From: Ginkgo biloba
Lineage: Eukaryota > Plantae > Ginkgophyta
DNA length: 30,343 nt
Direction of reading: 5' to 3'
Assembly (NCBI GenBank): GCA_024626585.2
Contig: JANKJI020000002.1
Span: forward strand, 252,167,940-252,198,282
Shown: positions 1-14,009 of the stretch, in pieces
How positions within the stretch are numbered: the stretch's first letter is position 1
Layout of the letters: every line of letters starts with the position of its first letter
Made by a program: the position numbers and the translations under genes
The notes under the pieces: generated by a model
Told to the model about the DNA's origin: nothing
The model's input: the letters and a program-made list of their open reading frames with translations, nothing else
Databases searched by the model: none

Positions 1-1331
1 TAATAAAAAATACCCCTTGTATCACTCGTGTAGGTTTGTACATGAACCTATAGTGACACCTCCAAGACTGCACTACATCCAAAGAATCAATCTCTGGGTT
101 GTTTCCCATGTGTCACTTTTCCATTAAGAGCATCCTACACTAGACTCTTCTTTTGGTGCTCAATAGTTTCCCTTTTTTTCTCATCAAAGCTACCATTGAT
201 AGTGCTATCAGTAATTGTAGGATCCACATGCCAGCATCCTTCACTTATCTCATTGCCTTTTCCTCTTTTAAAGGCCAAAGTTGCTCGAATTGATTGGCCT
301 GTAACAGGTATAGATGCAAATATTTATAAAGCACAGATCTAAGATCATTTTGATCGACAGTCTGCTAAATGACATTTAATGATGCAATCCAGATGTTCAC
401 AGAAATCCACTACATGTATACAATAGAAGCTTAACAGATTGAAAAATTAGGTGTGAATTCAGCTCAAATTGCATGCATAGAATAACTTCCTGCCCTGTAC
501 CCAATTGAGCCATGCACAGACAAAGCATCAGCAATGATAAACACAACAATTGAAGCGAGGAATGGCATGGTCTTACATGAAAAAGCAGGTACAAAATATT
601 CAATGTCCTGGAGATATAAGATACAATATAGGAAAATACAATGGATTTTCATGTGTGGTATTTAGGAACTCTCTTGACAGCAATAATACACGGTAAGCAA
701 ATAAATATATAGCTTCACTTTGATCACCTATCAATAATAAACTATCTGCAAATCTAGGATGGCAAACACACATTCATGGGAACAATGCTGATACTCTAGA
801 GGATAAAATAAAAGTGAATACAAGCGCATACAAGTTTTCTGGGTGTAAATCAGGGTACTTAACTACTGGGCTCTTAAAACATTTTCAGATGCTTTCCTAC
901 AACACCAATCCTCCCTTGTCAAAGAACACCTGAACCTGAACAGACGACAATGTGACTAAAAATAATAACTGGACAAACTTAAGGAATACCCATGAGTACC
1001 TAAATGCGATATATATACATGAATAATCCTAATGCTATTGGCAACTTTGTCAACCAATAGTTCTGTTCATCGCCCATATACAAAGCAATGATCAGGCCAA
1101 CCCACGCTATCAATTCCATCCATTGTACTAGGTAGTGTCTGCAAAGCCTGCCACCCTGTCTTGCTCATCCTGCTCAAGGACATGAGAATTACAACATTTG
1201 TTCCCTATTTCACAAGTGAGTTTAGATTTCATAAGCTCCCTGCCCAAACAAAAAATAATATATATATAGGCAAGGTTCTTTGGTACCATAAAAATAGGCA
1301 GTCTGCTTCTTTTATATGTAACCTTTTCGTG

Positions 1332-1394
1332 TTAATGACTGGTTGCCAGAGCTGTGACCAGCAGACCCAATACAAGGAACGGTTGTGCACTGCC
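1332..1394 (-). CDS. CHLG: Chlorophyll synthase terminal coding exon (GSAQPFLVLGLLVTALATSH*)
   Basis: ATACAG acceptor; matches the ChlG C-terminus ASAQPFLVLG..VTALA; TAA stop at 1334-1332. Confidence 0.96.
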   Translation of the reverse strand, partial: GSAQPFLVLGLLVTALATSH

Positions 1395-2448
1395 CTGTAT
1401 TGGAAGGGTGAGAGAAATATTCAGAAGCACAGAGTTGTCTGTAATGGCACCGAATAGACNNNNNNNNNNNNNNNNNNNNNNNNNNNNNNNNNNNNNNNNN
1501 NNNNNNNNNNNNNNNNNNNNNNNNNNNNNNNNNNNNNNNNNNNNNNNNNNNNNNNNNNNNNNNNNNNNNNNNNNNNNNNNNNNNNNNNNNNNNNNNNNNN
1601 NNNNNNNNNNNNNNNNNNNNNNNNNNNNNNNNNNNNNNNNNNNNNNNNNNNNNNNNNNNNNNNNNNNNNNNNNNNNNNNNNNNNNNNNNNNNNNNNNNNN
1701 NNNNNNNNNNNNNNNNNNNNNNNNNNNNNNNNNNNNNNNNNNNNNNNNNNNNNNNNNNNNNNNNNNNNNNNNNNNNNNNNNNNNNNNNNNNNNNNNNNNN
1801 NNNNNNNNNNNNNNNNNNNNNNNNNNNNNNNNNNNNNNNNNNNNNNNNNNNNNNNNNNNNNNNNNNNNNNNNNNNNNNNNNNNNNNNNNNNNNNNNNNNN
1901 NNNNNNNNNNNNNNNNNNNNNNNNNNNNNNNNNNNNNNNNNNNNNNNNNNNNNNNNNNNNNNNNNNNNNNNNNNNNNNNNNNNNNNNNNNNNNNNNNNNN
2001 NNNNNNNNNNNNNNNNNNNNNNNNNNNNNNNNNNNNNNNNNNNNNNNNNNNNNNNNNNNNNNNNNNNNNNNNNNNNNNNNNNNNNNNNNNNNNNNNNNNN
2101 NNNNNNNNNNNNNNNNNNNNNNNNNNNNNNNNNNNNNNNNNNNNNNNNNNNNNNNNNNNNNNNNNNNNNNNNNNNNNNNNNNNNNNNNNNNNNNNNNNNN
2201 NNNNNNNNNNNNNNNNNNNNNNNNNNNNNNNNNNNNNNNNNNNNNNNNNNNNNNNNNNNNNNNNNNNNNNNNNNNNNNNNNNNNNNNNNNNNNNNNNNNN
2301 NNNNNNNNNNNNNNNNNNNNNNNNNNNNNNNNNNNNNNNNNNNNNNNNNNNNNNNNNNNNNNNNNNNNNNNNNNNNNNNNNNNNNNNNNNNNNNNNNNNN
2401 NNNNNNNNNNNNNNNNNNNNNNNNNNNNNNNNNNNNNNNNNNNNNNNN

Positions 2449-2530
2449 TACATACATCCATACATGCTACATGCATGCATTTATGCATCCATCCATACAT
2501 ACATACATACATATATCATGCATACATGTA
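2449..2530. repeat. Degenerate (CATA/CATG/CATC)n tetranucleotide microsatellite at a gap edge
   Basis: Runs such as tacatacatccatacatgc...catacatacatacatac are directly visible. Confidence 0.9.
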
Positions 2531-3261
2531 TCCAACCACAATTTTTCTAAGCATCCCTGATCAGAATAGCTGTCAATTATAAAACTAGTCCTACTGCTGC
2601 AATACCCAAAACAAGGCATGATCCTAAATGAACTGCTGCAATCCTGGCAAAATACTCTTCCAATCACCTCTTCTAAACATGCAGAGCATAGGTATGACTG
2701 TGAGCAGGTGCAAGCCATCTCAATAGCAGAAGGGCAAATGTATCCAACTAGGTATTTTTTTCTACAAATATTGGCGAGTGATCATTCCCATCACCACCAA
2801 AAGACTGCAACAATAAAGTACTGATTTTTAACTTTTGATATCTCTACTAAGCCAACAGCCTTCCCCTCATAAACTCAAACCAATAAAAACTCTTACCATT
2901 ATCCATTGATTCAAAGTTGATGCTAAGGTTGTTGATAAATAAATCTTCCTCAAGAAGAGGAAAATTGAAGCCCCAACAAACTGAACGAACCAGTGTAGTG
3001 TATCATCAGCAACCTGATATTAGGATTGCATTTTCAGAAGACACATCGGATGATGTTAATAGTATTTTCTGCAACATCCTTCCAACTACAATTATTTTCT
3101 AGCACGATGGCATCTCCATCATCCAACTGTCCTGTAAGTTGCTGCACTGCCTGTGTTGAAATTGTAACTAACCCTAGTTTATCAGCCATCATATAAATGA
3201 TTTTTTGAGTGCTCATTGCATCCACTAGAAAAAGGTGGTCTGATCAACAGATGATCAAAGC

Positions 3262-5822
3262 CTAAGTGGGGTGTTCAGAGGTCGGACGCGCTTCAGAAAC
3301 AGAAACTGCCAAAAACATGTGGGAAATGTTTCAGCATTTTCCGTTTTTTTCTGAAAACATTTTGTTGGAGTTTCAACCTCAGCTGAATAAAAATGCCTTT
3401 CAGTCATTTCCTGTGGGGGCACACATAGGGTCTACATGAATGACTCTAAACTTGGAAAAATATCCTAGGAAGGTTAAAGAACATGCAAAATAATATAAAA
3501 TAAAATCTTGGAAAGAAACAACTACTTTTCTTGTGCATTCCAATCTTCACCATGTCTCTTGTAAGGAGTACATGACTGGGCCTTCAATATTGGGATGTAC
3601 CTCCTGAAGATCTTGATCTCCACTCATCCACATTAGCCTTTGGTAGTCTGGATTTATTATCTACACCTTTGCTCATGGATCTACTTTAGTTCAGGATTAG
3701 TATTGGGTTCTAACTGCCATAGTTCAGATGATATTGGATATAAATGTACAACGATCTTGAGATTAATGATCTTGATAATTAATCAAGCTCAACCCCCAAT
3801 ACTTTTGTTATTCATTATGTATCCAGATTGTAGTTACCTTCAGCCTAACCTATAAAGGCTAATCCTAATATCAATAGCTGAATTTGATTTTTTGTTGCAT
3901 ATTTGATGTCTTCTGAATTTCCTACTTGATCGTGTTTATGAATGTAGGTATATACTATTATTTTGAAAACTAGGACTTTTCAAAAAGCCCATCCACCCAG
4001 TCTAAATATATACCAATCCAACCCAAAAATAAACAGCAATCCAAAAATTGCTGAAAACATGTGGGGAATGTTTCGGCATTTCCTATGTTTTCCTAAAAAC
4101 ATTTCCTTGTAAATTCACACAAATNNNNNNNNNNNNNNNNNNNNNNNNNNNNNNNNNNNNNNNNNNNNNNNNNNNNNNNNNNNNNNNNNNNNNNNNNNNN
4201 NNNNNNNNNNNNNNNNNNNNNNNNATATTTTTGCTAGCTAGATAAAATCCCGATAATCTCCAATGTTTTTTATTTGTAGGTTATTATCACTCCTAATGTT
4301 CACTTGTTTGATATTGATTTCTTTGTCAAAGTAGAGTCGGTCTCCCTTGATAGGTTCTTCTTCCAACTGTCGATCTTCTTGCATTTCTCTTAAGAAATTA
4401 TGTGGTATAGTTGGTCCTTCTTATGTGGGAGTCATTGGTGGATCTCCTTTTCTTAATATTATTCGTATAAAGTCCCCTCCTAGTTTCAAAATGAAACTTT
4501 TCCCTTCGTCCTCCGCATAGGTTATTTTTTTCCTTATCTGCAATAATGGATTGGACAGTGTGCATGCTATAGTCACAATGTGTGGCATTTTTCATCAGTC
4601 ACACTGTGCATTTCTTGTGTTGGCATATGTGGGGTTCACATGAATGATTCTAAACTTGAGCCTTCACAATAATGGGATATGCCTCTTGAAGATCTTGGCC
4701 TACACTCATCCACATTAACCTTTGGTAATCTGGATTGTTATCGACGCCCTTTGCTCATAGAGCCATTTCTAGTTCAGTATTGGCATTATAGTTTCAATGG
4801 TATTGGACATTAAATGTATGATGATATTGATATTTAATGAAGCTCAAGCCCCAAAACTTTTGTTATTCCTTATGTATTCAAATTGTAGTCATGTCAAGTG
4901 TAATCTATAAAGGCTAATCCTAATATCAATATACGATTTTAACTTTTTGTTTCATGTTTGATGTCCTTTGAATTCCCATTTGATAGCGTTCAACTTCATA
5001 CTTCGAATTTCATATTAATAACCGATGCGTGCATGCACACNNNNNNNNNNNNNNNNNNNNNNNNNNNNNNNNNNNNNNTGCTCATAGAGCCACTTCTAGT
5101 TCGGTACTGTAATCGGCATTGAGTTTTAACTACCATAGTTCCAATGATATTGGACATCAAATGTATGATGCTCTTGAGCTTAATGATCTTGATAATTAAT
5201 CAAGCTCAATCCCCAATATTTTTAGTATTCCTTATGTATACAAATTATTTATAAAGGCTAATCCTAGTGTCAATACACGATTTGAGTTTTTTGTTTCATA
5301 TTTGACATCTTCTAAATTTCTTATTTGATTGTGTTCAACTTCATGCAACTAATTTCACATTAATAATTGATGCATGCATGTCTATCAATATGTTTGTGTG
5401 TATTATTACATTTAAAAAAGACTTTTCCAAAATTCCATCCACCAAATTTAAGTTTATACCGATCCAACCCAAATGTGACCGCCAAGCCAACCTGAGTATA
5501 TTATTAATAGTAATAACAAAACAATACATCAGCCCAACACAAAATAAGCNNNNNNNNNNNNNNNNNNNNNNNNNNNNNNNNNAACTCAAAACTTAATTGT
5601 GGTTGACTCAATATTAATTCTTGTTGGATCAAAATAGCATTAAAGTGTTCCCAATGTTTTAACAATATAATATTTTATGGTAAATATTTGCCACAGGCAT
5701 ATGCTCGAGTGTGTGCGCGTGCACGTGTGTATAAAGTCCAATTGTGTTGATTCTTGTTTCCTAGTATTTTGAAAACACCCATTTTGAAAGCATTTGCCAT
5801 TTCCAAGTTTAAGGTGACTTAA
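3262..5822 (+). mobile_element. Non-autonomous hAT DNA transposon relic
   Basis: 8-bp direct repeat ATCAAAGC at 3254-3261 and 5823-5830; termini CTAAGT...ACTTAA. The internal + strand relic LVHSNL..KEYMTGPS..WDVPPED (about 3530-3615) resembles the C-terminus of DUF659-type hAT transposases. Confidence 0.75.
3428..5345 (+). repeat. Three degenerate direct copies of the hAT 3' segment (about 3428-3940, 4631-4995, 5079-5345)
   Basis: Shared blocks: acatgaatga.tctaaactt, tgctcat.ga, aagctcaa.cccc, taaaggctaatccta. Confidence 0.85.
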
Positions 5823-6566
5823 ATCAAAGCCTATTTCTAATATTGGATTTTGCTTCAGATCATACCCTTGAGCATCCAACTTGTTGTCCTCCATTGTCAT
5901 TCTCCCAAATATTAATGTTTGGAGGTACAAAAAAACATCTTTTCCCAATAACCTAGGCATCCTTGGTCTTGTAGCTACACTCAACAATAATACCCTAAGC
6001 ATCCTTGGTCTTATGGCTACCCTAGTGGTGAGCTACAATAAGACTAGCCAGAATTGCACATATTGATAACTACTTGTGCACTACTCTTCAATGAAATCCA
6101 ATCCACCCAAGTCACACTATAGTATAATCTCTCCATTGCCCAATATCAATCTTCAACAAGAACCACAACTCCAACCTCCAACCTTCTCGCAATTCCCTAC
6201 AACAATCTTCAATAGACCACACCTAGATTGCAACCCTAGCAATAGCCAAAAGCTTGAATTATTTAGCGTTCCAACAAGATCCTCCCTAATACTCAGTAGC
6301 ACAATCTTTCAACATCCTCAACATCAAGATCTTTGGGGTAATCGCAAGAGTTTAATGCAACCCAACTTCACAACTTCTGAATACCAACTGTAACCATGCA
6401 ACATCACGATCTTCAAACACTAATACAAGCAAGCCTAGTCCTCTAAATCAGTTGCATTGAACTTCCACAAACAAGGACTTCACCAAAAACAATACTTACA
6501 AGGGTGCCCCAATTTGGTCTTCATCTATTTCAATTCTTCAAACAAAGCCAAATTACAAATTCCCCC

Positions 6567-6587
6567 ATATATATATATATATATATA
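6567..6587. repeat. (AT)n microsatellite
   Basis: About 10 AT units, directly visible. Confidence 0.9.
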
Positions 6588-6993
6588 CTAATTATCATGA
6601 TTGCCATTACACTCCATGATCTGANNNNNNNNNNNNNNNNNNNNNNNNNNNNNNNNNNNNNNNNNNNNNNNNNNNNNNNNNNNNNNNNNNNNNNNNNNNN
6701 NNNNNNNNNNNNNNNNNNNNNNNNTACTTTTGTCCCTAACAACCTACCTTTTTAAGTTTGTCATGCATGTGCACTTGTATGCACATGATTCATTAATTAA
6801 CATGAATGAATATTTATCATGTACTTGTACTCTATTATTTATCTATGTTGCAACTCTTAATTGTGTTAGCATGAAGGTTTATGAGGTGGGTTTGTTACAC
6901 AAGTCGCATGTCCATCTATTGGCCCTTCATGAGCTTTACCTCAAAATGCCTTGGCTCTCAAGTTGTGTTACACAATGATGAAGAATATTGTCT

Positions 6994-8500
6994 AGTCCCA
7001 TGTGATAAAATTACCCTCCATTCAACTGACATATTGAATCCCTACATGTCAATTTCTTCATTTTGTTCAATCCAATCCAAGTGGAATCAAATTTATTGCA
7101 AGTCATTCTTCAATTTTGGCATAGTACATTCATACCACTTCAACTCGATACAATTTTGTATCTGGAAAATAATCTTGAACTCCATTACCTCTGCATCATT
7201 TTCAATCAAAGACAGTTGATCTACAGTCACAAAGGATTTCCCTAGTTTCTTAATGACCTTGAAGTTGAATTCTCGAACCAACAAAATTCATGTGCTAATC
7301 CTGCTCTATAACAAAATCTTATACATTGGCTTTAGACGGGTTGATGATCCATGCGAAAATAAATGGATTAGCCAACAAAAGGTAGGAGGATATCTGGATG
7401 GTNNNNNNNNNNAGACCATTCCAAGTCCCTCACATTTAGTCATATTGTAATTTTTTGAAACTAAAGTCAATGGGCAATCAATCTTATTTTTCTCTTATTA
7501 GCAAAACTAGGAGCATCAACATGATTATGAAGGGTCTTGGTCAAATCCAAAAAGTTCAAAATAGGAGTTGTAGCTACATTTGTCTTCAATTTAATGATTC
7601 TCGATTGTCACTCTTGCGTTTAATACCACACAACACCTTTATTCAATAGTGCTTCAAGTGGTTAGGATATTTCAACATACCCCATAATGAACTTTTGATA
7701 GTAACCTGACATACAAGGAAGCTTTTGATCTCTTTTAAATTCTTTGGTTGTACATAAGCCAAAATAACTCTGAATATATCTAGATTATTAAGCAGTCATT
7801 CTTTAGTCAAAATGTGACATAGGCTTCCTAAAGGCTCTAAGAAAATGCACTTTCAAAACTTAAACAAAAATCTTTGTTTATGACAAATTTCTCAAACATT
7901 ATCAAAATCATTTGGCATCAACTAGATATTTCAACTCATTTCCCATTTAATTCTTTTAAACTATTTAGTATCACTCGCCAAAGCGTGAATGATGTGTCAA
8001 CCCAAATGGAATGCACCGATATGCATAAGTCCCACGTGTAGTAGAAAATGTAGCCTTCAATTAATCCCTTCAAGTAGTGTTCACCTAATTGTATCCACTA
8101 AGCTAATCAATAAAGGAATACACATCAAAGCATGACACTTACTCAAGCACATNNNNNNNNNNNNNNNNNNNNNNNNNNNNNACATCAATACTCCACATAT
8201 TCTGATCTTGTTGTTTTTCTTTTTCATGACCACAATTGGGCTTACCCACTCCCTCATATTTGCCTCATAGATGTATCATGCTTCCAACGTCTTATCAATC
8301 TTCACCTCCACCTTTACTTTAAATTTAGGATTCAACCAATATAGTCTTTGGCTAACAAGCTTCACCCCTTCAACGAGTCCAACCCCATGGACTCCNNNNN
8401 NNNNNNNNNNNNNNNNNNNNNNNNNNNNNNNNNNNNNNNNNNNNNNAACATGATAATATTCTTCAAAAACTACTCCACTTTGAGTTGCAATTGACACATC
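6994..8500 (-). mobile_element. Ty3/gypsy pol relic(s): RT fragments, integrase C-terminal/chromodomain-side relic, purine tract and LTR start
   Basis: Decayed minus-strand motifs: VSQRLYWLNPKFKVKV (8276-8395), EWVSPIVV..KNNKIRIC (about 8190-8245), PFGLT (about 8000), GYYQKFI..PLEALL (about 7640-7710), KKLGKS..LSLIE (7093-7284). GGAGGG at about 7014-7019 is followed by TATCACATGG. RNase H and the integrase core are not visible, so this is either internally deleted or two elements. Confidence 0.8.
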
Positions 8501-10840
8501 CTAATAATACACCATAATAAATGGTTATTGCATGGATTGAATAAGGGTTGCTTCCCTAGGCTAAATGCACTATGTATCGTGCTATAAGGACCTAGTTAAA
8601 AATGGAATGGAAATGAACTCATGAGGATTAAAAGCATTGTTATGATGTGGGGGGCAAATTCTTGAAACCACATGCAACGAGGATGGATTTTATAGATGTT
8701 GTAAGGGGTAATGTTTGTATGGAAGGGAGCAAGATCCCCTAATCACACTTAATAAATGATGTAGGAAAGCATCCTGGCTTGAATTTTTTTGGACAAAGGT
8801 AAGGAGATCAAGTATACAAGCTCCTTTGAATCCTACATGATTCAAAAATGCTGCATAAGTCTAATACTTTGAAGTCATACTCAATTTGGATCCAGTCATA
8901 GAATAGGAGTTTGGCCACACTAATCTTTCTTTGAGTGGAAGCTTGACGCATATTCTATAAATATTGCTTCAATAAACTATAACACTAGCATCAAAGTTGA
9001 GTTTTGGATCACATTCACACCGATTGTAGAAAAGAGAAATGGTAGAAATAGACACAATTGAGAATGGAATTGTCCAAATTGAAAGGAAGTAGTAAGAGTC
9101 TGCAATTGGAATACATCTATGCAAAGAAGAAAAGAAAACAATTGAAAATCCTAGAGAAGATTTTTTCTAAGAGGTAGGAGAAGATGGTGGAAGGAAAATT
9201 ATCATGAAGTGGCTCAAGAAAGAAACAAAGTTACTAATAGAATATTGTCGAGTAAACAAGGAAAAAGGGAAGAAGAGGTTATTGTGTTGATTGAGTATAT
9301 TTATGTACAACATCGACCTTATTCTTGGTCAAAACAAAATTGTTGGATAATTAATGTTCGCACACATTTCACTTGTATATCTAATTGTACTTTGAGTTGT
9401 ACTTTAAGTTAAGTGANNNNNNNNNNNNNNNNNNNNNNNNNNNNNNNNNNNNNNNNNNNNNNNNNNNNNNNNNNNNNNNNNNNNNNNNNNNNNNNNNNNN
9501 NNNNNNNNNNNNNNNNAACTAAGATGCATCTAATATACTCTTCCATGGAACATGACAAAATATACTGACTCGTTGATCGCTAATCAGACTCAATTACAGA
9601 CTTTAATAGACTCATCAATGTTAGACTCATACTTGCACAAACTCAACAGCAGAATGACTTTACATGTTTAATCAACTAACTCGATAGAGTTTACAATTAC
9701 ATCATGATAGCATTTTAACAATTTATCTGTGGACCATCTCTCTCAATGAAATCCGTTAGTGTCAATAAGGCTTTGTTGGTGAAACAATATTGGTCTTAAG
9801 TCGTTAATCATCAACCTTTGTAATAACTAATCTCAAAATCAGAGAAAAGCTTCATAAAAATACTTTGTTGAAATAGTCACCTCCTTAAACTTCTCCATAT
9901 GCCCATACCATAACCTTTTAACCCCTTGATAAATTAAATCTTTAGAACTACAACCATGGTTTATTTTTATTTTATTTTTTTCCCAATCGACATTTTTTCG
10001 CAAGCGATGTTGAACACGTATTTAACTATGACTTGTGGCAGAGGCATGAAGTCGTAGCGATGTATCGATGCACCTCTGAGAGGATCTAATGAATCACCCC
10101 AATTCAATGAGACAAGCAGTACAATCGAAAGACAGATTATTCATCCAATAGACGGCGTGCTCCGCAAACAAGTAATTCGTCTAACATCACAGCAGTCCAA
10201 AGCTTCCTCCGACATAGTGCGTCCTTCGACAAGTAATTCGTTCGACATCACGTGAGTCCAAAGCATCCTCTGACAAATACTATTGTGCGCGTTGATGTCA
10301 TTCAACAAAAATCTGACCGAATTGCTCTCCACTGATGTCGATGAGATATCCACTGACAGATAACCAATGTCTCCAACAACTATCGCCACATTACTGAAAG
10401 AAAACGCCTGCAGTAATCAACAATCCTTCGACGTGTGAGAAGAACAGGTTATACATCTTTCGACATGTGAGAAGAACTCCAACAGACCTTGCACACAATA
10501 CTTCTCATCTGACATCCGAATAATTTGACTAAACTATCGAACAATGTAATGCATCTCCATAACGTTGTAGCTCATCCCCTCTCTGACGCATCACCAGTAG
10601 GTTCTTTGACATCCATCGCTCAACTGTTGTCAGTTTGGGTGAAACCGACAATGTGTCAATTTGGAAGAGACTGACGAGAAAAGCCCAACTTGTCGATTTA
10701 TGAAAAATTTAAGGGAAAAAACAAATTTCTTGGGGCTCCAACGGAGCTCCTCTTCCAATGCAACTACACAGGTCCTCCTCCAATGCCGACATGGGATTAT
10801 TCCTCCTTCGACAATTGTCTCTGACCATCACTAATAACAA

Positions 10841-11491
10841 TTAAGCCTCGGACTTCCGACAAGAGCATAAAATCTCCGACAACATATCGTTCTCTAAAAA
10901 TGCTTTCATCTTCTTATGGACTGTAGCATTTTGATGATCCTTTAACAAATGATAAACAAATATCCATGCAGAAGAATCCAATGTTTGTCGAATCCTCGGC
11001 GTTAGGGAGCCTGTCAGTGTTATTTCAAGAAAACCCATTGGTTTTCTACAATGACTGCTACAAGCTTCTCTTTATCTTCATCTATGTAATAGTAAGCAGG
11101 TTCAAATCCTGTGCACTCTACTATACAATTCTCATTAATACGAGAAAATGAAAAAATTCAAGTTTGAACCCCACTAAGCTTAGAATATGTATTCCACCAT
11201 AGTGCAAAGGTCTTGGTTGGCCCAAGAATTTATGCATCTCATAGATGTTAGCAAGTTCCAAACGCCCTGAATTCTTCTCATTGGGCCCTTCTCTGTCCTC
11301 CATATTGCCAAATAATACTCTATTACATGAGCAGAAGAAAAATGCTATATGGTCACTTCAATTCAATCATAGAGTCATGGCTTCTGTGCAAGCAAAGGAT
11401 GCTACCAAATTCATGCTCATCAATGATACACATAGAGATATGACATTGAAGACTCAATGTCATATTTGATCGTCCAACATCTCGCTTATCT
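10841..11491 (-). mobile_element. Probable LTR-retroelement accessory-ORF relic
   Basis: Broken minus-strand frames (ISEMLDDQ..., TPRI...W) next to CpG-rich, LTR-like sequence at about 10020-10830. Family assignment is by resemblance only. Confidence 0.35.
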
Positions 11492-12847
11492 NNNNNNNNN
11501 NNNNNNNNNNNNNNNNNNNNNNNNNNNNNNNNNNNNNNNNNNNNNNNNNNNNNNNNNNNNNNNNNNNNNNNNNNNNNNNNNNNNNNNNNNNCCATGGGAT
11601 ACTAATTGGTGCATCAGTAAGGTAGTGAGTGTGGATGGCCATTAGGTTGACCTAGTAATTTTACTGCTTACCAGAGTGCTCCCTCATGTGCAATCCCAAG
11701 GGTGGTTGGTAGAGACAGTGTTAGTCCAGTGCCTCATGCAGAAGCCTGATTAATGTCTTGGCTAAGAAGTAATCTGATGAAGCTAACCTTGCCTTGTCAA
11801 CTCTAAATGGTCTGTCATCAAAGGCTATCGAGCCTATTTTACTTGAGGTTTGTTACCATGCTTGCTTTGCCTAACAATGCTAACAGGTTCTTGTTGAGCA
11901 TGGTTGCTTTAATGCAGGTTTCTACAAGTAGGAGTATAGGTCTATAACTGTCTCCTGCCTGAGAAGCTTGTTTTTTTAGTATGGCAGAAGTGCTTATTTT
12001 ATACTATGCAGGACTTGCAATTAGGTTGCATGTTGAGTAGAAGCTGAGGCTGAAATACATACTTAAGGCTAATTTTCGGATACAATTTGGCAGCAACTAA
12101 TGGTATGTTTTGGTAGGCTCAGGCAACATAGTGCACTTGAAACTCAGTTTTGACACATTTGCAAGATGTGTTTAGGCAAATTTTAGTCAGAAGTTGGGTG
12201 CACTTCAAGGTTGTATTTGGGCAGACGTCTAATCTTTGTAGGGCATGTCAGGAGAGGAAGATTCGTCATGTAATGGCCATGTTTGAGCTCACCTACATAC
12301 GACTCTCTAGACACTTGCAGCAGTGCAACATGGAGACTTTCCTTTAGTAATCTATATCAAGTAGCAGATGTATTTAGGTGACCTGAAGTCTAATTGGTAC
12401 AGGACCATGTGCATACTATACAGTTAGCTGATGAATAATTCTACTGGGTAAAAATAATGAGAGAAATTAGATTAAGAAAATGTTGGTTGATAGCCCCATA
12501 AAATGTAACACTGGAATTGTCAGAAGAATCTTCCATTTTGTTGTCTGCTTTATGGAATGCTGCCATGTGCAAGATGCAAAGGGAAAGCATAAGCATGGCA
12601 GGCCCTATATTAATAATTAAGCAATGGTCAAAAGAATGAGAAGAAAAACAGAAACAAAGGAATCCACCCAAATGTCATTAAAGCAAATGTAAAGGAAAAG
12701 AGGATGCCAAGTTGAAACCACCAGCAGCACATCCAAATACATTAAATGCTCAAATAAAGCCAACATAACTTCAATAGGATCAATGTCTAATAAAATTAAA
12801 ACTATCTGCACAAATCTACTTGGATTATAAATAACATTGAATCTTAC

Positions 12848-12924
12848 TTGGAATATAACTTGTGGAGCAATCAAACCAAGAAGGGCCAAAGCATAATACA
12901 GCTTGCCTGTTGTAAAAAGATAGC
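12848..12924 (-). CDS. CHLG: Chlorophyll synthase exon (G-YLFTTGKLYYALALLGLIAPQVIFQ)
   Basis: 77 nt between TTGCAG and GTAAGA; phase is compatible with the previous exon. Confidence 0.96.
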
Positions 12925-14009
12925 CTGCAACCAGTTTGACAGTGTATTGGAAGAAAGTTTTGGTAGTAACAACAGATATTGAACTGTTTCTCAAAGTTTT
13001 TATGCCACTTGTATCGTTCAATAACAGAACAAAATTCAAAATAATATCTTCTTTATTTTGCTAATAAGCAGTTTATGGTATCAAATTTNNNNNNNNNNNN
13101 NNNNNNCACAAAGGTAGATCTGATATAGAACTTGCATGAAGGTATGCTTTATTTGGCCGACTTAGTAAATACACATACTAACTTTCAAATCACACAATCA
13201 CAAGAAACATTTGTATTTGCCTTGATAGAATAATGCACACTAACTCTCAAATCACACAATCACAAATATTTGTATTCTTGGATTATTCACATCATCCCCA
13301 GTCAAATTATGAAAAAAGATTACTTCTTCATATGGGAAGGATTCATATAAAAATGAAGAATCTTACATGTGGACAATTCTTCACTATTTTTCCTATCCAC
13401 AACAATCTCTTTTTTTATCTCCATTAGTGAAAGAAAGCCTATTCACTTGGAGATGGCTAATAATTGCCATAAAATATCATTTTGTCAACATTCTANNNNN
13501 NNNNNNNNNNNNNNNNNNNNNNNNNNNNNNNNNNNNNNNNNNNNNNNNNNNNNNNNNNNNNNNNNNNNNNNNNNNNNNNNNNNNNNNNNNNNNNNCCGGA
13601 AGAGATTTGGTCCAACCAAGTCATGGAATGGAATCATCAGGTGAATTATGGGTTGCAACTCCAACTAGTTGTTGTTGAACTGCAAGTGTAGTCGGGAGAC
13701 AAAATGTTGATTTCACATGATCATGTGACTCCTCAACTACAAGGGTTTTACCCTTCTTCCTTCTTCTAACTGTTGTGAATCCATCCCCTGGCCATGAGGT
13801 GGAGTCATCACCAGGCTACATATTTCTTCTATTGTCACTACATTTCCTTCTAATTCCCCCTGTAATAATCNNNNNNNNNNNNNNNNNNNNNNNNNNNNNN
13901 NNNNNCATTACTGTTGCTTGGTCATCTAAAACTATTCCTTGTCCATACGCTTGAGTCCAAGCCTTTAATTTTGAAAATTCTGGATTTTTTGTTGGGATTG
14001 GAAGTTGGA

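Noticed and set aside
1312-2550. Long ORFs of 250-400 aa here and at 18198-19175 and 23844-24743
   Set aside because: Artefacts of translating through N runs. Only the terminal CHLG exon (1332-1394) is real.
5880-6566. LTR starting at 6557 (minus) after GGGGGAA
   Set aside because: The PPT/TG start is plausible, but no partner LTR, end or TSD could be defined.
12617-13039. 140-aa standalone membrane protein ORF
   Set aside because: It is a single CHLG exon (12848-12924) read through into intron sequence.
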